Notes: generated by a model not told the origin, from the sequence alone. A stretch of DNA of 64,000 nucleotides from Leptonemataceae bacterium (GCA_965227295.1 OZ245742.1:5120001-5184000), one strand, 5' to 3'. Positions 18,962 to 28,949 are shown, counted from the first letter of the stretch. Translations and numbers: made by a program.

Positions 18962-21157
18962 TCACTCAATCGTATCGAGATAACGCCCGCGTTCCAGTTC
19001 CGGGGTAATGCGATTGTCCGCCGACGCGCTGCCTTCGTACGTCGCGCGCAGGCCGAAGTAGAAGAACCGCGGCCGGATGGGGTTGATCTCCGGATCGTAC
19101 TCGTCGAGCATGTTGTCGACGCCGGCAAAAAGTTCGTAGTTCTCCATCACGCGCTTGAAGACGCGCACCCCGAGCAGATGATACGGATTGCGGTAGTCGA
19201 AGCCCTGCTGCGGAAAGTCCGGGTTAAGTTCCACCAGACCAAAGCTACGGTCCTGGGCGATCGCACGCAACGGCGCCTCGAAATCCTGATCGAACGTAAA
19301 CGTGGAACGATCGAACGTAAACACGGCCTCTTCGGTGTAATAGTACGCCTGCGGACCGTAGACGGAACCGTTGATCGAAAAACCGAGGCCCCAGGGCAGA
19401 TACTCGTATTGCAGGCGATACGTGCCGCGGTGTTCGGCCCGCCCTTCGAGCGGAATCTTCTGCTCACGATCCCAGGTCTGCGTAAACGTATAGCCCACAC
19501 CGAAGCGCAGCGCCCGGGAAATGCGAAAGTCCGCGAAGAGTTCTCCGCCGCGGGTGTAGGCCTTGCTGATGTTGACGGTTTGATAGCGCTGCAGACCCGA
19601 CGTGGTGCGACCGGACACGGCCTGAAAGTCGATGAGGTTCGTGATCGTATTATAAAAACCGTTCACGGATAAGTAGAGCCAATCGATGGGCTCGAACTCG
19701 ATGCCGCCGTTGTAGCTGATGGAACGTTCCGGGTCCAGGTCCTCATTGCCGACGACCTCGTAACCGACGCCGGGATTCTGAAACGTAATGTACAGATCCT
19801 TAAACGCCGGCGCGCGGTAGCCGACACCGACGCTGCCGCGCAAACGCAGATTTTCGAAGGGATCGAGGCGCGTGGCGAACTTCGGCGTGGTCTGCGCGCC
19901 GAACTGCGAGTCCTCGTCGTGGCGGACCCCGGGCACAATCACCCAGTTCGGATCGCCGATCACTTCCCACTCATCCTGCAAGAAGACGCCCACCCGCGTG
20001 CGATTTACGTACTCATCCTCGACGCGCGGCGAGATCAGTTCATCGAAGCCGACGTCCACGCCGGTACTGATGAAATGGTCTTCGAACACACGATAGTCGA
20101 ACTGCACGCGCCCTTCCTGGGTGCGATCGTCCTGGGTCTCGAAGGTATCGAGCTCGTCGGAGTCGCGCTGGTCCCGGTCGAGACGATCGAAGAAACGGTT
20201 CTGCGAGTACGAAAACGAAAGTCGGCCGTCGTTCGCGAGATACAACACGGGATTGAGCACGCCCATGAAATCATGCGTCTCGCTGCGACGATCAATGACG
20301 GCGCGCGGCGGACTGAAGTCCGTGCGCTCCTGATCCAGATAACGGTAGTTCACGAAACTGTTCACGAGAAAGTTTTCGGTCAACACGAACGTCGAGCGGT
20401 TGCCGACGCCGAGATCGCGAAAGGCCGTACCGGTGCTGCCCTGGATCGACGGCGGCAGATCGTTTTCGTCGAGGAACTCGAACGTCTCGTAAGCCTCGCG
20501 CACCTGGCGTTCCCGCGTATCGACGGGAGCCAGGTCGTAGCCGTCACTGCGCGTCCAGCCGGCGACGAACGTAGAACTTAAAAAATCATTCGAAAGACCG
20601 ACGACTCCGCTGGTACTGAGTTCGTGACCGCTGCCGAAGTTCTTTTCGCGACCGGAGCCGTAGCTTGTTTCGAACTCCGCGCGGATCGGCGCGTCGGACT
20701 TACGCGTGATGATGTTGATGACCCCGCCGAGGGCATCCGCTCCGTAAAGTGCCGATGAAGCGCCCTTAACGATTTCAATGCGTTCGATCTCCTCGGCCTT
20801 AAAACGCGTAAGATCGATGGCGCCGTCCACGCGACCGGTGACCCGCTGGCCGTTGACGAGGATCAAGACGTACTCGGGATCCAGGCCCTGCAAACGTACG
20901 AAGCGACCGCGCAGACCCTCACGCACTTCCACGCCGGGATGATTCTCCAGGGCGTCGGCGGCGTTGCGCGCCCCGCTCTGCACAATGTCCTCGCGCCGAA
21001 TGACCTCGGTGGCGGTGACGCTGTCCTGGAGCAGCTTCGCCCGGCGTTCGCCGGTGACGACGATCTCGGTTTCCAGGACCTCGTCGTCGCCCTGGGCCAT
21101 AAGCCCGGTGCAGACGAAGAACAAGGCAACGGCGGCTAAGATTCGATAATGTAACAT
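18962..21157 (-). CDS. TonB-dependent receptor, probable heme receptor
   Basis: TonB box EIVVTG, plug ERIEIVKGASSALYGADALGGVINIIT, YRAP and NEDL (FRAP/NPNL-like); start overlaps the hmuY stop (TAATG). Confidence 0.92.
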   Translation of the reverse strand: MLHYRILAAVALFFVCTGLMAQGDDEVLETEIVVTGERRAKLLQDSVTATEVIRREDIVQSGARNAADALENHPGVEVREGLRGRFVRLQGLDPEYVLILVNGQRVTGRVDGAIDLTRFKAEEIERIEIVKGASSALYGADALGGVINIITRKSDAPIRAEFETSYGSGREKNFGSGHELSTSGVVGLSNDFLSSTFVAGWTRSDGYDLAPVDTRERQVREAYETFEFLDENDLPPSIQGSTGTAFRDLGVGNRSTFVLTENFLVNSFVNYRYLDQERTDFSPPRAVIDRRSETHDFMGVLNPVLYLANDGRLSFSYSQNRFFDRLDRDQRDSDELDTFETQDDRTQEGRVQFDYRVFEDHFISTGVDVGFDELISPRVEDEYVNRTRVGVFLQDEWEVIGDPNWVIVPGVRHDEDSQFGAQTTPKFATRLDPFENLRLRGSVGVGYRAPAFKDLYITFQNPGVGYEVVGNEDLDPERSISYNGGIEFEPIDWLYLSVNGFYNTITNLIDFQAVSGRTTSGLQRYQTVNISKAYTRGGELFADFRISRALRFGVGYTFTQTWDREQKIPLEGRAEHRGTYRLQYEYLPWGLGFSINGSVYGPQAYYYTEEAVFTFDRSTFTFDQDFEAPLRAIAQDRSFGLVELNPDFPQQGFDYRNPYHLLGVRVFKRVMENYELFAGVDNMLDEYDPEINPIRPRFFYFGLRATYEGSASADNRITPELERGRYLDTIE

Positions 21158-21843
21158 TAGTTGAGCGGGATCTCCGCCCAGCGGAGAGAAGGATAGCCGG
21201 ACGTGCCGGCGGAACTGTAGTAGTCGAGCATCTGGATCTTGTAGTACGTGCTGCCGTCGGAGTTGCGGATGATCAGCACGTCGTCTTTGGCCGTAAGCAC
21301 GTGCGTCGTGGTGTTGTAGTTGAACCATTCCTGCAACACGGCGCTGCCGCTGTAGGTGACGTCGCTCGCGCCCCCGGCCCCGCCGGTCGTGGCGGTGAGG
21401 TTCTGGTCGACGGCGAACTGCGGGCACACCCCGCTCGTGGTGCTGCTGAACTGATTCACGCTGAACACGCTGCTGAAGTTCGTGCTGCCGGTGCTGCAGG
21501 CTCCGCCGCCACCGCTGCCGCTCGTCCCGCTGTTGGTTCCAAGACGAAACCGTTGAAACGACATGTCCCAGGCTCCGATCTGCGCCACGGTCCCGCCGTT
21601 GAAGAGATCGCAGTAGATCGTATTGCTGTTCGACGTCGCGTTCACCGTCGCCGTATAGATGGAGCCGCTGAGGCTGGTCGAGCAGGCGCCGGAGAGGGCC
21701 AGCGCGGACGGGTTCGTCGAGGCCTGGGGCGTGAGCAGCGTCACCAGGTCCTCCAGGTCGTCGTTGCCGCCCTGCTCGTAGCGACAGCCCGCCGCCGTAG
21801 TTGCGACGAGCAGGAGAATGATGAAAAAAGAGCGATGTATCAT
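21157..21843 (-). CDS. hmuY: HmuY family heme-binding lipoprotein
   Basis: Lipobox AAGC; WDMSFQRFRLGTNSGTSG, WFNY, YYKIQMLDYY motifs. Confidence 0.85.
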   Translation of the reverse strand: MIHRSFFIILLLVATTAAGCRYEQGGNDDLEDLVTLLTPQASTNPSALALSGACSTSLSGSIYTATVNATSNSNTIYCDLFNGGTVAQIGAWDMSFQRFRLGTNSGTSGSGGGGACSTGSTNFSSVFSVNQFSSTTSGVCPQFAVDQNLTATTGGAGGASDVTYSGSAVLQEWFNYNTTTHVLTAKDDVLIIRNSDGSTYYKIQMLDYYSSAGTSGYPSLRWAEIPLN

Positions 21844-21886
21844 GGCGTGCACGCGGTCCGAAACCGGGTCTAAACTGGACTGCAAA

Positions 21887-21901
21887 TGAGAAGCAATATC
21901 A
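21887..21901. promoter_or_regulatory. Fur-like box upstream of hmuY
   Basis: TGAGAAG-C-AATATCA, imperfect 7-1-7 inverted repeat. Confidence 0.55.
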
Positions 21902-21981
21902 ATTGAACCAGGAATGGCCAACCCGCAAATCTGACAACGGAAAATTCTCCCGGGCAGGCAGTATGTCATGGATATGTGTTT

Positions 21982-21996
21982 TGAGATTGACTCTCA
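21982..21996. promoter_or_regulatory. Fur-like box upstream of the divergent lipoprotein gene
   Basis: TGAGATT-G-ACTCTCA, 7-1-7. Confidence 0.55.
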
Positions 21997-22045
21997 TAAT
22001 CACTCTCCGGAGGCTGTCCAAACTCTCAAATTCAGGATTGCTTGC

Positions 22046-22624
22046 ATGAAATTTAAGAAACCCATGACCCTGACCGCGGCCCTGCTGTTCGGTCTTTCCC
22101 TGGCCGCCTGCCAGCAGAGCAGCGGAGACGACGATGATCTCCTCGGGATCTCGCTCCTGGCCGGCGTCGCCGCCGCCTCCAACGTTCCTCAGCTCGAAGG
22201 CTTCTGCCACTTTTCGTTCGGCTCACGCACGGTGTACAACGTGCCCATCACGACGATGGATTCCGCAAAAACGGAGTCGTTGACTTTCACGTCATCCACC
22301 ACGCGGCGCTGGAGTGCCGTGTACGTCCCGGGCGCCGCGGACGGAACGGTTGTCACGTTCGACTTCAACCCGGCCTATCGCCCGCCGTTCGGATACAACG
22401 AGGACATCTCCCTCGTCCACGTCACCGGCGGTTGTCCGCTGGAATCCTCCACGTCGGACTACAACGTTAACTCGAGCTCCACCGCGCCGCAGACGCCGGT
22501 GAACTATTCGTTCGGCAGCAACACGTTTACGTTTAACTCTTCCGCCCAGGGGAAAAACTTTTTCATCATCGCCGCTCCGGAACTGACTCAGACCACCGGC
22601 TCGACGACACGGACGGACCCGTAA
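22046..22624 (+). CDS. Hypothetical Ser/Thr-rich lipoprotein
   Basis: MKFKKPMTLTAALLFGLSLAAC lipobox. Confidence 0.75.
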   Translation: MKFKKPMTLTAALLFGLSLAACQQSSGDDDDLLGISLLAGVAAASNVPQLEGFCHFSFGSRTVYNVPITTMDSAKTESLTFTSSTTRRWSAVYVPGAADGTVVTFDFNPAYRPPFGYNEDISLVHVTGGCPLESSTSDYNVNSSSTAPQTPVNYSFGSNTFTFNSSAQGKNFFIIAAPELTQTTGSTTRTDP

Positions 22625-22631
22625 CATAACG

Positions 22632-22681
22632 CACGCCCCCGAAGTCCCGCCCCGCGATTGGAGCGGGACTTCGGGGGCGTG
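22632..22681. terminator. 19-bp perfect hairpin whose right arm merges into repeat array 1
   Basis: CACGCCCCCGAAGTCCCGC-N12-GCGGGACTTCGGGGGCGTG, 7 bp after the stop. Confidence 0.6.
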
Positions 22682-23370
22682 TGCGAACTACCCGGGCGTT
22701 TCCGGTAGTTCAAGAGCTGTGGTTCGTTGCGTTTACCGTGAGACACACAAGATAAGTTGCGCAATCGTAAAGGGGTTGATTTGGCTACGGCTCGCAGGAG
22801 TTGTGGATTTTCGTTTTGTTAAGATTGTCCGCCTCGACCCGGACGTCGGTTTGTAACTCAGCTACCGTAGTGTTTCTTACGAAGAAGACGCCGTTCCGGT
22901 CCGCCTTACCACGTTCCCCGACATGAACTCCGCGCGTCAGTTGGAACCAGCCGTACCCACAAAAGGCTTAATTTACGTTGGCCGCCACTTACACCACGAT
23001 TCGGGGCGTGTGCGAACGAATAAAACGTTTCCGGTAGTTCAAGAGCTGTGGTTCGTGGCGTTTGCCGTGAGACACACAAGATAAGTTGCGCAATCGTAAA
23101 GGGGTTGATTTGGCTACGGCTCGCAGGAGTTGTGGATTTTCGTTTTGTTAAGATTGTCCGCCTCGACCCGGACGCTGGTTGTGCGGTTCGGATATCGCAG
23201 CGTTTCTTACGAAGAAGACGCCGTTCCGGTCCGCCTTACCACGTTCCCCGGCATAACCTCCGCTCGTGAGCTGGAACCAGCCGTACCCACAAAAGGCTTA
23301 ATTTACGTTGGCCGCCACTTACACCACGATTCGGGGCGGACTCGAATGAAAAAACGTTTCCGGTAGTTCA
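22670..23370 (+). repeat. Array 1 of the ~330-bp repeat family (about 2.1 units)
   Basis: CCGGTAGTTC at 22702, 23031, 23360 (period 329). Confidence 0.95.
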
Positions 23371-23386
23371 CAGAACGCGCCTTTGT

Positions 23387-23974
23387 TCATAATCGAAAGT
23401 TCAATCGCAAACGAAACGTGACCTGGTTCTTGCCGACCTGCGCCGGTATTTCCGGGAACGGGGCGGCGCTGTGAACCGCGCGTAAGGCCGCATCGTTCAG
23501 TCCGTCGTGCGGACTCGCACCGACCAGGGCGGCCGATTGCAACACTCCGGATCCGTCAATCATCACCTGCACCGTAACGACACCCTGCTTGCCCGCGTTC
23601 TTCTCACGCGGCGGATAACGTTTCTTGCGCGCCACCATGGCCCGCACACGCGCCAGGTACTTTTCCAGCTCGGACTCGGCCTCCGCCGTGCCGGCGGCAT
23701 CGCTGCTGCCGGACGTCGGCCTGTCCGGATGCGCCTCGCTGTCTCCGATCGCGGCAGACGCGGGCGGCGGCGAGTCTGCCTGCAGGCGCAACTTCACGGA
23801 CGGCAGAATTTCCAGGCTGTCCTTCCGCTGCGAGGCCGACCCGCCGAAGTCCGTGAGCGCTAACATACACACAACGGATATTAAGAGCAGGATCGGATAA
23901 AATCCCCGGCCGTCCTGGGCCGCGGCCACAACCGCGAACCATCGGTGATTCGCCGACTCAACGCCTTGCTTCAT
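23387..23974 (-). CDS. tonB: Energy transducer TonB
   Basis: N-terminal TM helix; RYP...G.QG.V.V and L..AAL.AV....PF C-terminal domain. Confidence 0.88.
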   Translation of the reverse strand: MKQGVESANHRWFAVVAAAQDGRGFYPILLLISVVCMLALTDFGGSASQRKDSLEILPSVKLRLQADSPPPASAAIGDSEAHPDRPTSGSSDAAGTAEAESELEKYLARVRAMVARKKRYPPREKNAGKQGVVTVQVMIDGSGVLQSAALVGASPHDGLNDAALRAVHSAAPFPEIPAQVGKNQVTFRLRLNFRL

Positions 23975-24359
23975 GTTCAATGTTCACCGTCGTCGCGCCG
24001 GCCTGGCGGGCCTCGTCCATCACCCGTACAAAATAACGAAACGGGGTCGCGCCGTCCGCGCGCAACAGGACGTCCGTGCGGTTCTTCGCTTCGATGGCCG
24101 CCTTGAGCGCTCCGGGTAGATCATCCGGCGCCACGGAGCCGCCGTCGAGAAAGACGCCGCCGCTCGCGTCGATGGATACGACCACCCCCGAACGATCGGC
24201 GCGATCCGCGGTCTTCGCCTCGGGCAGTTCCAGTTCCACCACCGGCTTTAGAAAACGCGAGCTGATCATAAAAAAGATCAACAGCAGAAAGACAATGTCC
24301 ACCAACGGCGCGATGTCGATGATCGAGCCCCGCCGTTCCCGCTGCGCGAAGCCCTGCAT
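23958..24359 (-). CDS. exbD: ExbD/TolR protein
   Basis: IAPLVDIVFLLLIFFM; LRADG. Confidence 0.92.
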   Translation of the reverse strand: MQGFAQRERRGSIIDIAPLVDIVFLLLIFFMISSRFLKPVVELELPEAKTADRADRSGVVVSIDASGGVFLDGGSVAPDDLPGALKAAIEAKNRTDVLLRADGATPFRYFVRVMDEARQAGATTVNIEHEARR

Positions 24360-25066
24360 CAGCGCGCCTCCATCGAGACCGACACCGGCGTTGCGCGCTC
24401 CGTGCCGGCCGGCAGAACATCGTGACGCCACTCCTCGAGATGATGCAGCACGGCGTTCATCTTCCGAATGCGCGCGTTTAAGATCGAATGCAGGTAACCG
24501 TGGGCCAGGTGGGCCGGGATGGCCGCGGCCAGCCCGAAGGCCGTCGTGATCATGGCCGTCCAGATGCCCCCCGCCAGCTCGGAGATGTCCGCCTGGCCGC
24601 CGGTGGCCGCAATGCGCTCGAAGGAATCCATCATTCCCAGGATCGTACCCAGGAGGCCGATGAGCGGCGCCACCCCGCCGATGACCTGAAGAATGCCGAT
24701 CCGCCGCTCCATGCGATCGATGACCTCGGCACCGGTACGTTCCACCGCCGCGCCCCGGGCCTCATTGGCCTGGCCGAGGCCGCCGACAAAGACCGCGGCC
24801 ATGCGAAAATAGGCGCTGCCCCGGAGTCGGAGTTCCGACAGCGGCAGCCGATCCTCCGGTCGAAGTTCCGACAGTTGCGGCGCCTCGCCGGACGTGCGCG
24901 CGCGTTCGAGGATGCGGCTGAGCCCGGCTTCGAACTGCGTGAACGGCGTATATGTTAGAAAGAAGTAGAGCCCGCGCTCCAAAAACACGGCGGTACCCAC
25001 GATCAGGAAGAGCAGGATCACCCACATCAGGTCCCCGCCCTTTTCGAAAAGTGTCAGATAGTCCAT
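24359..25066 (-). CDS. exbB: ExbB/MotA/TolQ proton channel
   Basis: APLIGLLGTILGM; GIWTAMITTAFGL. Confidence 0.92.
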   Translation of the reverse strand: MDYLTLFEKGGDLMWVILLFLIVGTAVFLERGLYFFLTYTPFTQFEAGLSRILERARTSGEAPQLSELRPEDRLPLSELRLRGSAYFRMAAVFVGGLGQANEARGAAVERTGAEVIDRMERRIGILQVIGGVAPLIGLLGTILGMMDSFERIAATGGQADISELAGGIWTAMITTAFGLAAAIPAHLAHGYLHSILNARIRKMNAVLHHLEEWRHDVLPAGTERATPVSVSMEAR

Positions 25067-25133
25067 TCTGTGCTGTTTTATTCCTTTTTTTCTTGTCGAA
25101 TGCAGAGTTGTCAGAGATATGTCACACCATACA

Positions 25134-25724
25134 ATGAGAATCAATCTCACTTACAAGCGACTTTTTCTTACGACCGCCACTGCCGTGGTCCTGCTCGGCC
25201 AGAGCGCCTGTCAGAGCGGCGGACGTGGCGGGGTGACACCGCTCATTGAAGCGGCACGCACGGATCGCCCGTCCGAACTGCGCGACCTGCTCGCGGCCGG
25301 GGCCGAGGTCAACGCCGTGGAGACCCGGGACGGGAGCGCGTTCAGTACCCCGCTGCTCTACGCCGTCAGCCGCGGGGACCGCTCGTCGGTGGAACTTCTG
25401 CTCGAAAACGGCGCCGATCCGGAACTGCCGGGCTGGCGCGGACTCACGCCCTTCATGGAAGCGGCCCGCATGGGTCATCCGCAGGTGTTGGAGATCCTGC
25501 AGCGCCGCGCGGTTTCGGTGAACGCCGTCGACGAAGACGGTCGCACCGCCCTGATCTGGGCCGCGCTGACCGGACGCCCGCAGTCCGTGCAGTACCTGGT
25601 GCGCATCCCCGATCTCGAACTGGACCTCCGGGACCTGGCAGACCGCTCGGCCCTGGACTACGCCCGGGAAAGCGGCCGCACCGAGATCGTCCGGCTGCTG
25701 GAGAACGCCGGCGCCGGCTCGTGA
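25134..25724 (+). CDS. Ankyrin-repeat putative lipoprotein
   Basis: TPLIEAA, TPLLYAV, TPFMEAA, TALIWAA, SALDYA repeats; signal ending QSAC. Confidence 0.85.
   Translation: MRINLTYKRLFLTTATAVVLLGQSACQSGGRGGVTPLIEAARTDRPSELRDLLAAGAEVNAVETRDGSAFSTPLLYAVSRGDRSSVELLLENGADPELPGWRGLTPFMEAARMGHPQVLEILQRRAVSVNAVDEDGRTALIWAALTGRPQSVQYLVRIPDLELDLRDLADRSALDYARESGRTEIVRLLENAGAGS
25135..25149. promoter_or_regulatory. Fur-like box between divergent exbB and ankyrin-hemO operons
   Basis: TGAGAAT-C-AATCTCA, near-perfect 7-1-7. Confidence 0.6.
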
Positions 25725-25764
25725 TTTTAAAACCATACCACAAATAGTTAACAGGAGAAACTTA

Positions 25765-26442
25765 ATGGGACTCGCTCAGGTTTTACGTTCGGGCACCTCG
25801 GAGGTGCATTCCGAAGCGGAGGGTTCGGCCTTCGTACGTTGTTTTATGAAGGGGGTGCTGGACCGCGCGACCTATGCTCGCCACCTCGAAGCGCTGCACG
25901 CCGTCTATTCCGCCATGGAAGACGGCCTCGAACGGCACAAGGATCATCCGATCGTCTCGAAGATCTACTACCCCGAGGTGCATCGTCGCGCGAACCTCGA
26001 AGCCGACCTCGAATTCTTCTACGGCGACGACTGGCAGAGCAAGATGCAGCCGCCCTCGCCCGCGGTCGTCGAGTACGTCGATCACATTCGTAAGATCAGC
26101 GAGGAGAACCCCACGCTGCTCGTCGCTCATTCCTATGTTCGTTACCTGGGCGATCTGTCCGGCGGGCAAATCCTGAAGAAGGTGGCCGGCCAGACCCTGC
26201 AACTGGACGCGGACCACGGCCTCGCGTTCTACGAGTTCGGCGACATCGCCGGCAAGAAGGAATTCAAAGACATGTACCGTAACGCCCTGGACGGCCTGGC
26301 CCTCGACGAGGCACAGCAACAGGCCGTGCTCGAAGAGGCCATTCGCGTGTTTCGTTTCAACGGTGCGGTCTTCAACGATCTAGAGGAAGAGTTGATCAGC
26401 AACCTCGGTCGCGATCGTTACGAGGCTGCCGTCAGCTCCTGA
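25765..26442 (+). CDS. hemO: Heme oxygenase (biliverdin-producing)
   Basis: T.EVH..AE proximal His; AHSYVRYLGDLSGGQIL; AGGAG RBS. Confidence 0.93.
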   Translation: MGLAQVLRSGTSEVHSEAEGSAFVRCFMKGVLDRATYARHLEALHAVYSAMEDGLERHKDHPIVSKIYYPEVHRRANLEADLEFFYGDDWQSKMQPPSPAVVEYVDHIRKISEENPTLLVAHSYVRYLGDLSGGQILKKVAGQTLQLDADHGLAFYEFGDIAGKKEFKDMYRNALDGLALDEAQQQAVLEEAIRVFRFNGAVFNDLEEELISNLGRDRYEAAVSS

Positions 26443-26445
26443 AGC

Positions 26446-27678
26446 ATGCAGCGTTCTACCGATCACAGCGCTCGTCTCGTCCTCGTTTTGATCCTCGGCG
26501 TGATGCTGCCGGCCACCATGCCGGTGACGGTCTTTAAGGAGATCGTCAAGGATCGTTTCGCCGCGGGCAGTGAGTCCGTGGCGTACTTCACGAGCATCGC
26601 CATGTTCGGTTCGTTTTTGTTCGCACCGCTCGCCGGTTTCGTATCGGATTACTTTCGCAACCGGCGCGGTTTCATCGCCGCTTTCGCCGCGATCAACGGC
26701 TGCATGTTCTTCGGCATGGCGGAGGCGAACTCGCTCGCGCTGTTGCTCGTGCTGCGCTTCATTGAAGGCGCAACCAGTGTCTTTGTGATCGGCCTTTTGA
26801 TGTCCGCCGTGGCGGACCGCGAGCGCGGTGCGACGGCCCCCGGCTTTCGCCCGGGAACGTTAATGGGCCTCGCCGGCATGTTGCTGGTGTTGGGTGCCTT
26901 CGTCGGCATTCCCATCGGCGGGTTTATCGGTAAAACACAGCCCATGCTGCCGCTCTACGTGTCCGGAACGCTCATGATCGCCAACGCCGGCCTCGCCCTG
27001 TTCTTAAAAGACGCGGACAGTTTTCACGAGGAACAGTCGCTGCGTCCGGGAGACGCCGTTCATCTGTTGCTGGTGGCCCCGTTGCTGCTCGTGCCGCTCA
27101 TGTTCGCGTTTACGGACCGGTTCACCTTCGGGTTTCTGGTAAGTTCGTTTAATTTACACTTAAGAGAAGGCCTGCAACTGGATCCGGCGGCAGCGGGGCT
27201 GTCCATGGGCATCGTCATGCTGCCCATGGCGCTGCTGGCGTATCCGTCCGTACGCCTGGGACGGCGCGTCGGCATGTTGCCGTTACTTCTGGGCGGCTCC
27301 GCGCTGTACGGCCTCGGCCTCGCCGCCGCGGGGACGCAAAGTTCCACGGAAGGATTGTTTACGTTTCTGGGCCTGGCCGGACTCGGCGCAGGCCTCATGT
27401 ACATCCCGTCCTTGCTGATCGCGGCGCGCCTGGCGCCGGCCGGCTGGAACGCCACGGTCATGTCGATGTTCACGGGCGCGGGTTCGCTGGGATTCATGCT
27501 CGGACCGCTGGTTTCGGCCGGGCTGGAACATCTCTATCGAGTGCGCCTGGATCCGCCCCTGGTCATCCCCGTACTCGCATCTTCGTTCGGCCTCCTGGAA
27601 GTCCTGGCCGTGGCGGCGACGATTCCGTTTTACCGGGCGTTACACCGCGCCGTTACGCGCAGCCACGACGCGGCGTAA
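26446..27678 (+). CDS. MFS transporter
   Basis: About 12 TM helices; GFVSDYFRNRR motif A; directly after hemO. Confidence 0.88.
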   Translation: MQRSTDHSARLVLVLILGVMLPATMPVTVFKEIVKDRFAAGSESVAYFTSIAMFGSFLFAPLAGFVSDYFRNRRGFIAAFAAINGCMFFGMAEANSLALLLVLRFIEGATSVFVIGLLMSAVADRERGATAPGFRPGTLMGLAGMLLVLGAFVGIPIGGFIGKTQPMLPLYVSGTLMIANAGLALFLKDADSFHEEQSLRPGDAVHLLLVAPLLLVPLMFAFTDRFTFGFLVSSFNLHLREGLQLDPAAAGLSMGIVMLPMALLAYPSVRLGRRVGMLPLLLGGSALYGLGLAAAGTQSSTEGLFTFLGLAGLGAGLMYIPSLLIAARLAPAGWNATVMSMFTGAGSLGFMLGPLVSAGLEHLYRVRLDPPLVIPVLASSFGLLEVLAVAATIPFYRALHRAVTRSHDAA

Positions 27679-27704
27679 TCGCGACCTTCTATGCCGCGGC
27701 CTGG

Positions 27705-28320
27705 CAGGCTGCTGAAAAAGTCATGCGAAAGCGGAATCTGTGAAATTCATTTGGGCGTTGCGCCCGGCCGGGCCGCGCACAAGTCGCGGTCGTAGCGACT
27801 TGTGAACTCGACGACGCGCAAGGCGCGTCGCTCAATTCCGCCGGCCGGGCGCCGGGCTACTCCGGGCTCCGCTTCGCTTCGGTCCTCCGTGCTTCGCACT
27901 CCGGACTGCCGCTGCGCGGCACCCTGCGCATCCCTAACGCTTGTATTTCGCAAGTTAGCATTGGCGATCATGCTGCGGCCTCCTGTAGGTTTCTGATTCG
28001 TAGCAAGTTGTAGACGGCAACAGCGAAGCGGAAAATCCACCCGACACGATCCGGGCCGCGAAAACGCATCTTCCTGCACAATCCGATCGACTTCAGCCAG
28101 CCGAAGATTTCTTCGACGGCTTTGCGACGACGTTGACTTACGGCATAGGCAGGACTGCGAGCGGTGCGGTGATCGACGGCGCTGGAGCGGCTCTTCTGTG
28201 CGATCTGCGCGGCACAATCCGGATTGCCTTACGTTCTTCTACGTAAGTTTTAGCATCGTAGCATTTGTCGGCGCCCAGAGTGATGCGGCGGCGATCGTTG
28301 CTTCGGCGGAGTTCCTTCAT
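27705..28320 (-). mobile_element. IS5/IS1182-like DDE insertion-sequence remnant (3' part plus one end)
   Basis: Frameshifted RITLGADKCYD and SQRRRKAVEEIFGWLKSIG..RKMRFRG.DRVGW..YNLLR; stop at 27968-27970; end-like CAGGCTGCTGAAAAAG at 27705-27720. Confidence 0.8.
27751..27940. repeat. Multi-hairpin palindromic REP/MITE-like element nested in the IS remnant
   Basis: Hairpins at 27778-27804 and 27812-27830, GGGCTCCGCTTCGCTTCGGTCC core, ends CATCCCTAACGC; single copy in this window. Confidence 0.55.
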
Positions 28321-28322
28321 GG

Positions 28323-28949
28323 ATGCCGGACTTACAGAACGAAGCCAAATGGTTACATTTGTTTACGAACCCACGGCGCTTCTTTCGACATCTCGAAAAA
28401 TTCCGGAAGCAGAGTGCCATGATATTGCTGGCGATTCTGTTGGTGGGAATGGGCGAAAGCCTCGATCGCATGTCCGATGCGAAAGCCGATGATTTTCCAT
28501 TTCCCGAAATGATCGACAATTGGGCCTACTTCTGGTTGGGAATCGGCGGCATGGGTCTCTTGAACGGTGCGGTGGATTGGCTTATCGGCGGCTGGTTTTT
28601 TCATATGCGCGTGCGTTGGTCCGGTGACCTGCATCGCGATAAAACCGAGGCGCGGCTGATCTACATCTTCACGTCGATGATCATCGCACTACCGACTCTG
28701 GCCATCGGTTTGGTCGAGACCCTCGTGTTCGAAAGCCATCGCGAGACGCGGACAATGGATAAGCTTGTGTGGTGGATGCCCATGTGGGGGCTGGTACTGG
28801 TCTCAATGTTTTACTCGATCTATGCAAGCTACCAGGGGGTGCTGGTTCGCTTTCAGGTGGATCCCGAACAGGCCCGACGCTGGTTTCTCATCTTACCCGG
28901 CATGTTATATGGGCTCTCGTTACTGTTGATCCTGTCCGTTATTTTTTAA
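28323..28949 (+). CDS. Yip1-like membrane protein, paralog 1
   Basis: WLHLFTNPRRFF; about 5 TM helices; clear similarity to the next gene. Confidence 0.7.
   Translation: MPDLQNEAKWLHLFTNPRRFFRHLEKFRKQSAMILLAILLVGMGESLDRMSDAKADDFPFPEMIDNWAYFWLGIGGMGLLNGAVDWLIGGWFFHMRVRWSGDLHRDKTEARLIYIFTSMIIALPTLAIGLVETLVFESHRETRTMDKLVWWMPMWGLVLVSMFYSIYASYQGVLVRFQVDPEQARRWFLILPGMLYGLSLLLILSVIF

Noticed and set aside
18962..21427. 821-aa receptor and other N-terminal extensions in the track (8364, 21969, 25150, 35692, 39996, 46880, 58729, 61800)
   Set aside because: They overlap neighbouring genes or promoters; internal starts with signal peptides, RBS or stop-start coupling fit better.
25120..25126. TGTCACA as a second ECF promoter
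   Set aside because: No matching GTC -10 element at 16-17 bp spacing.
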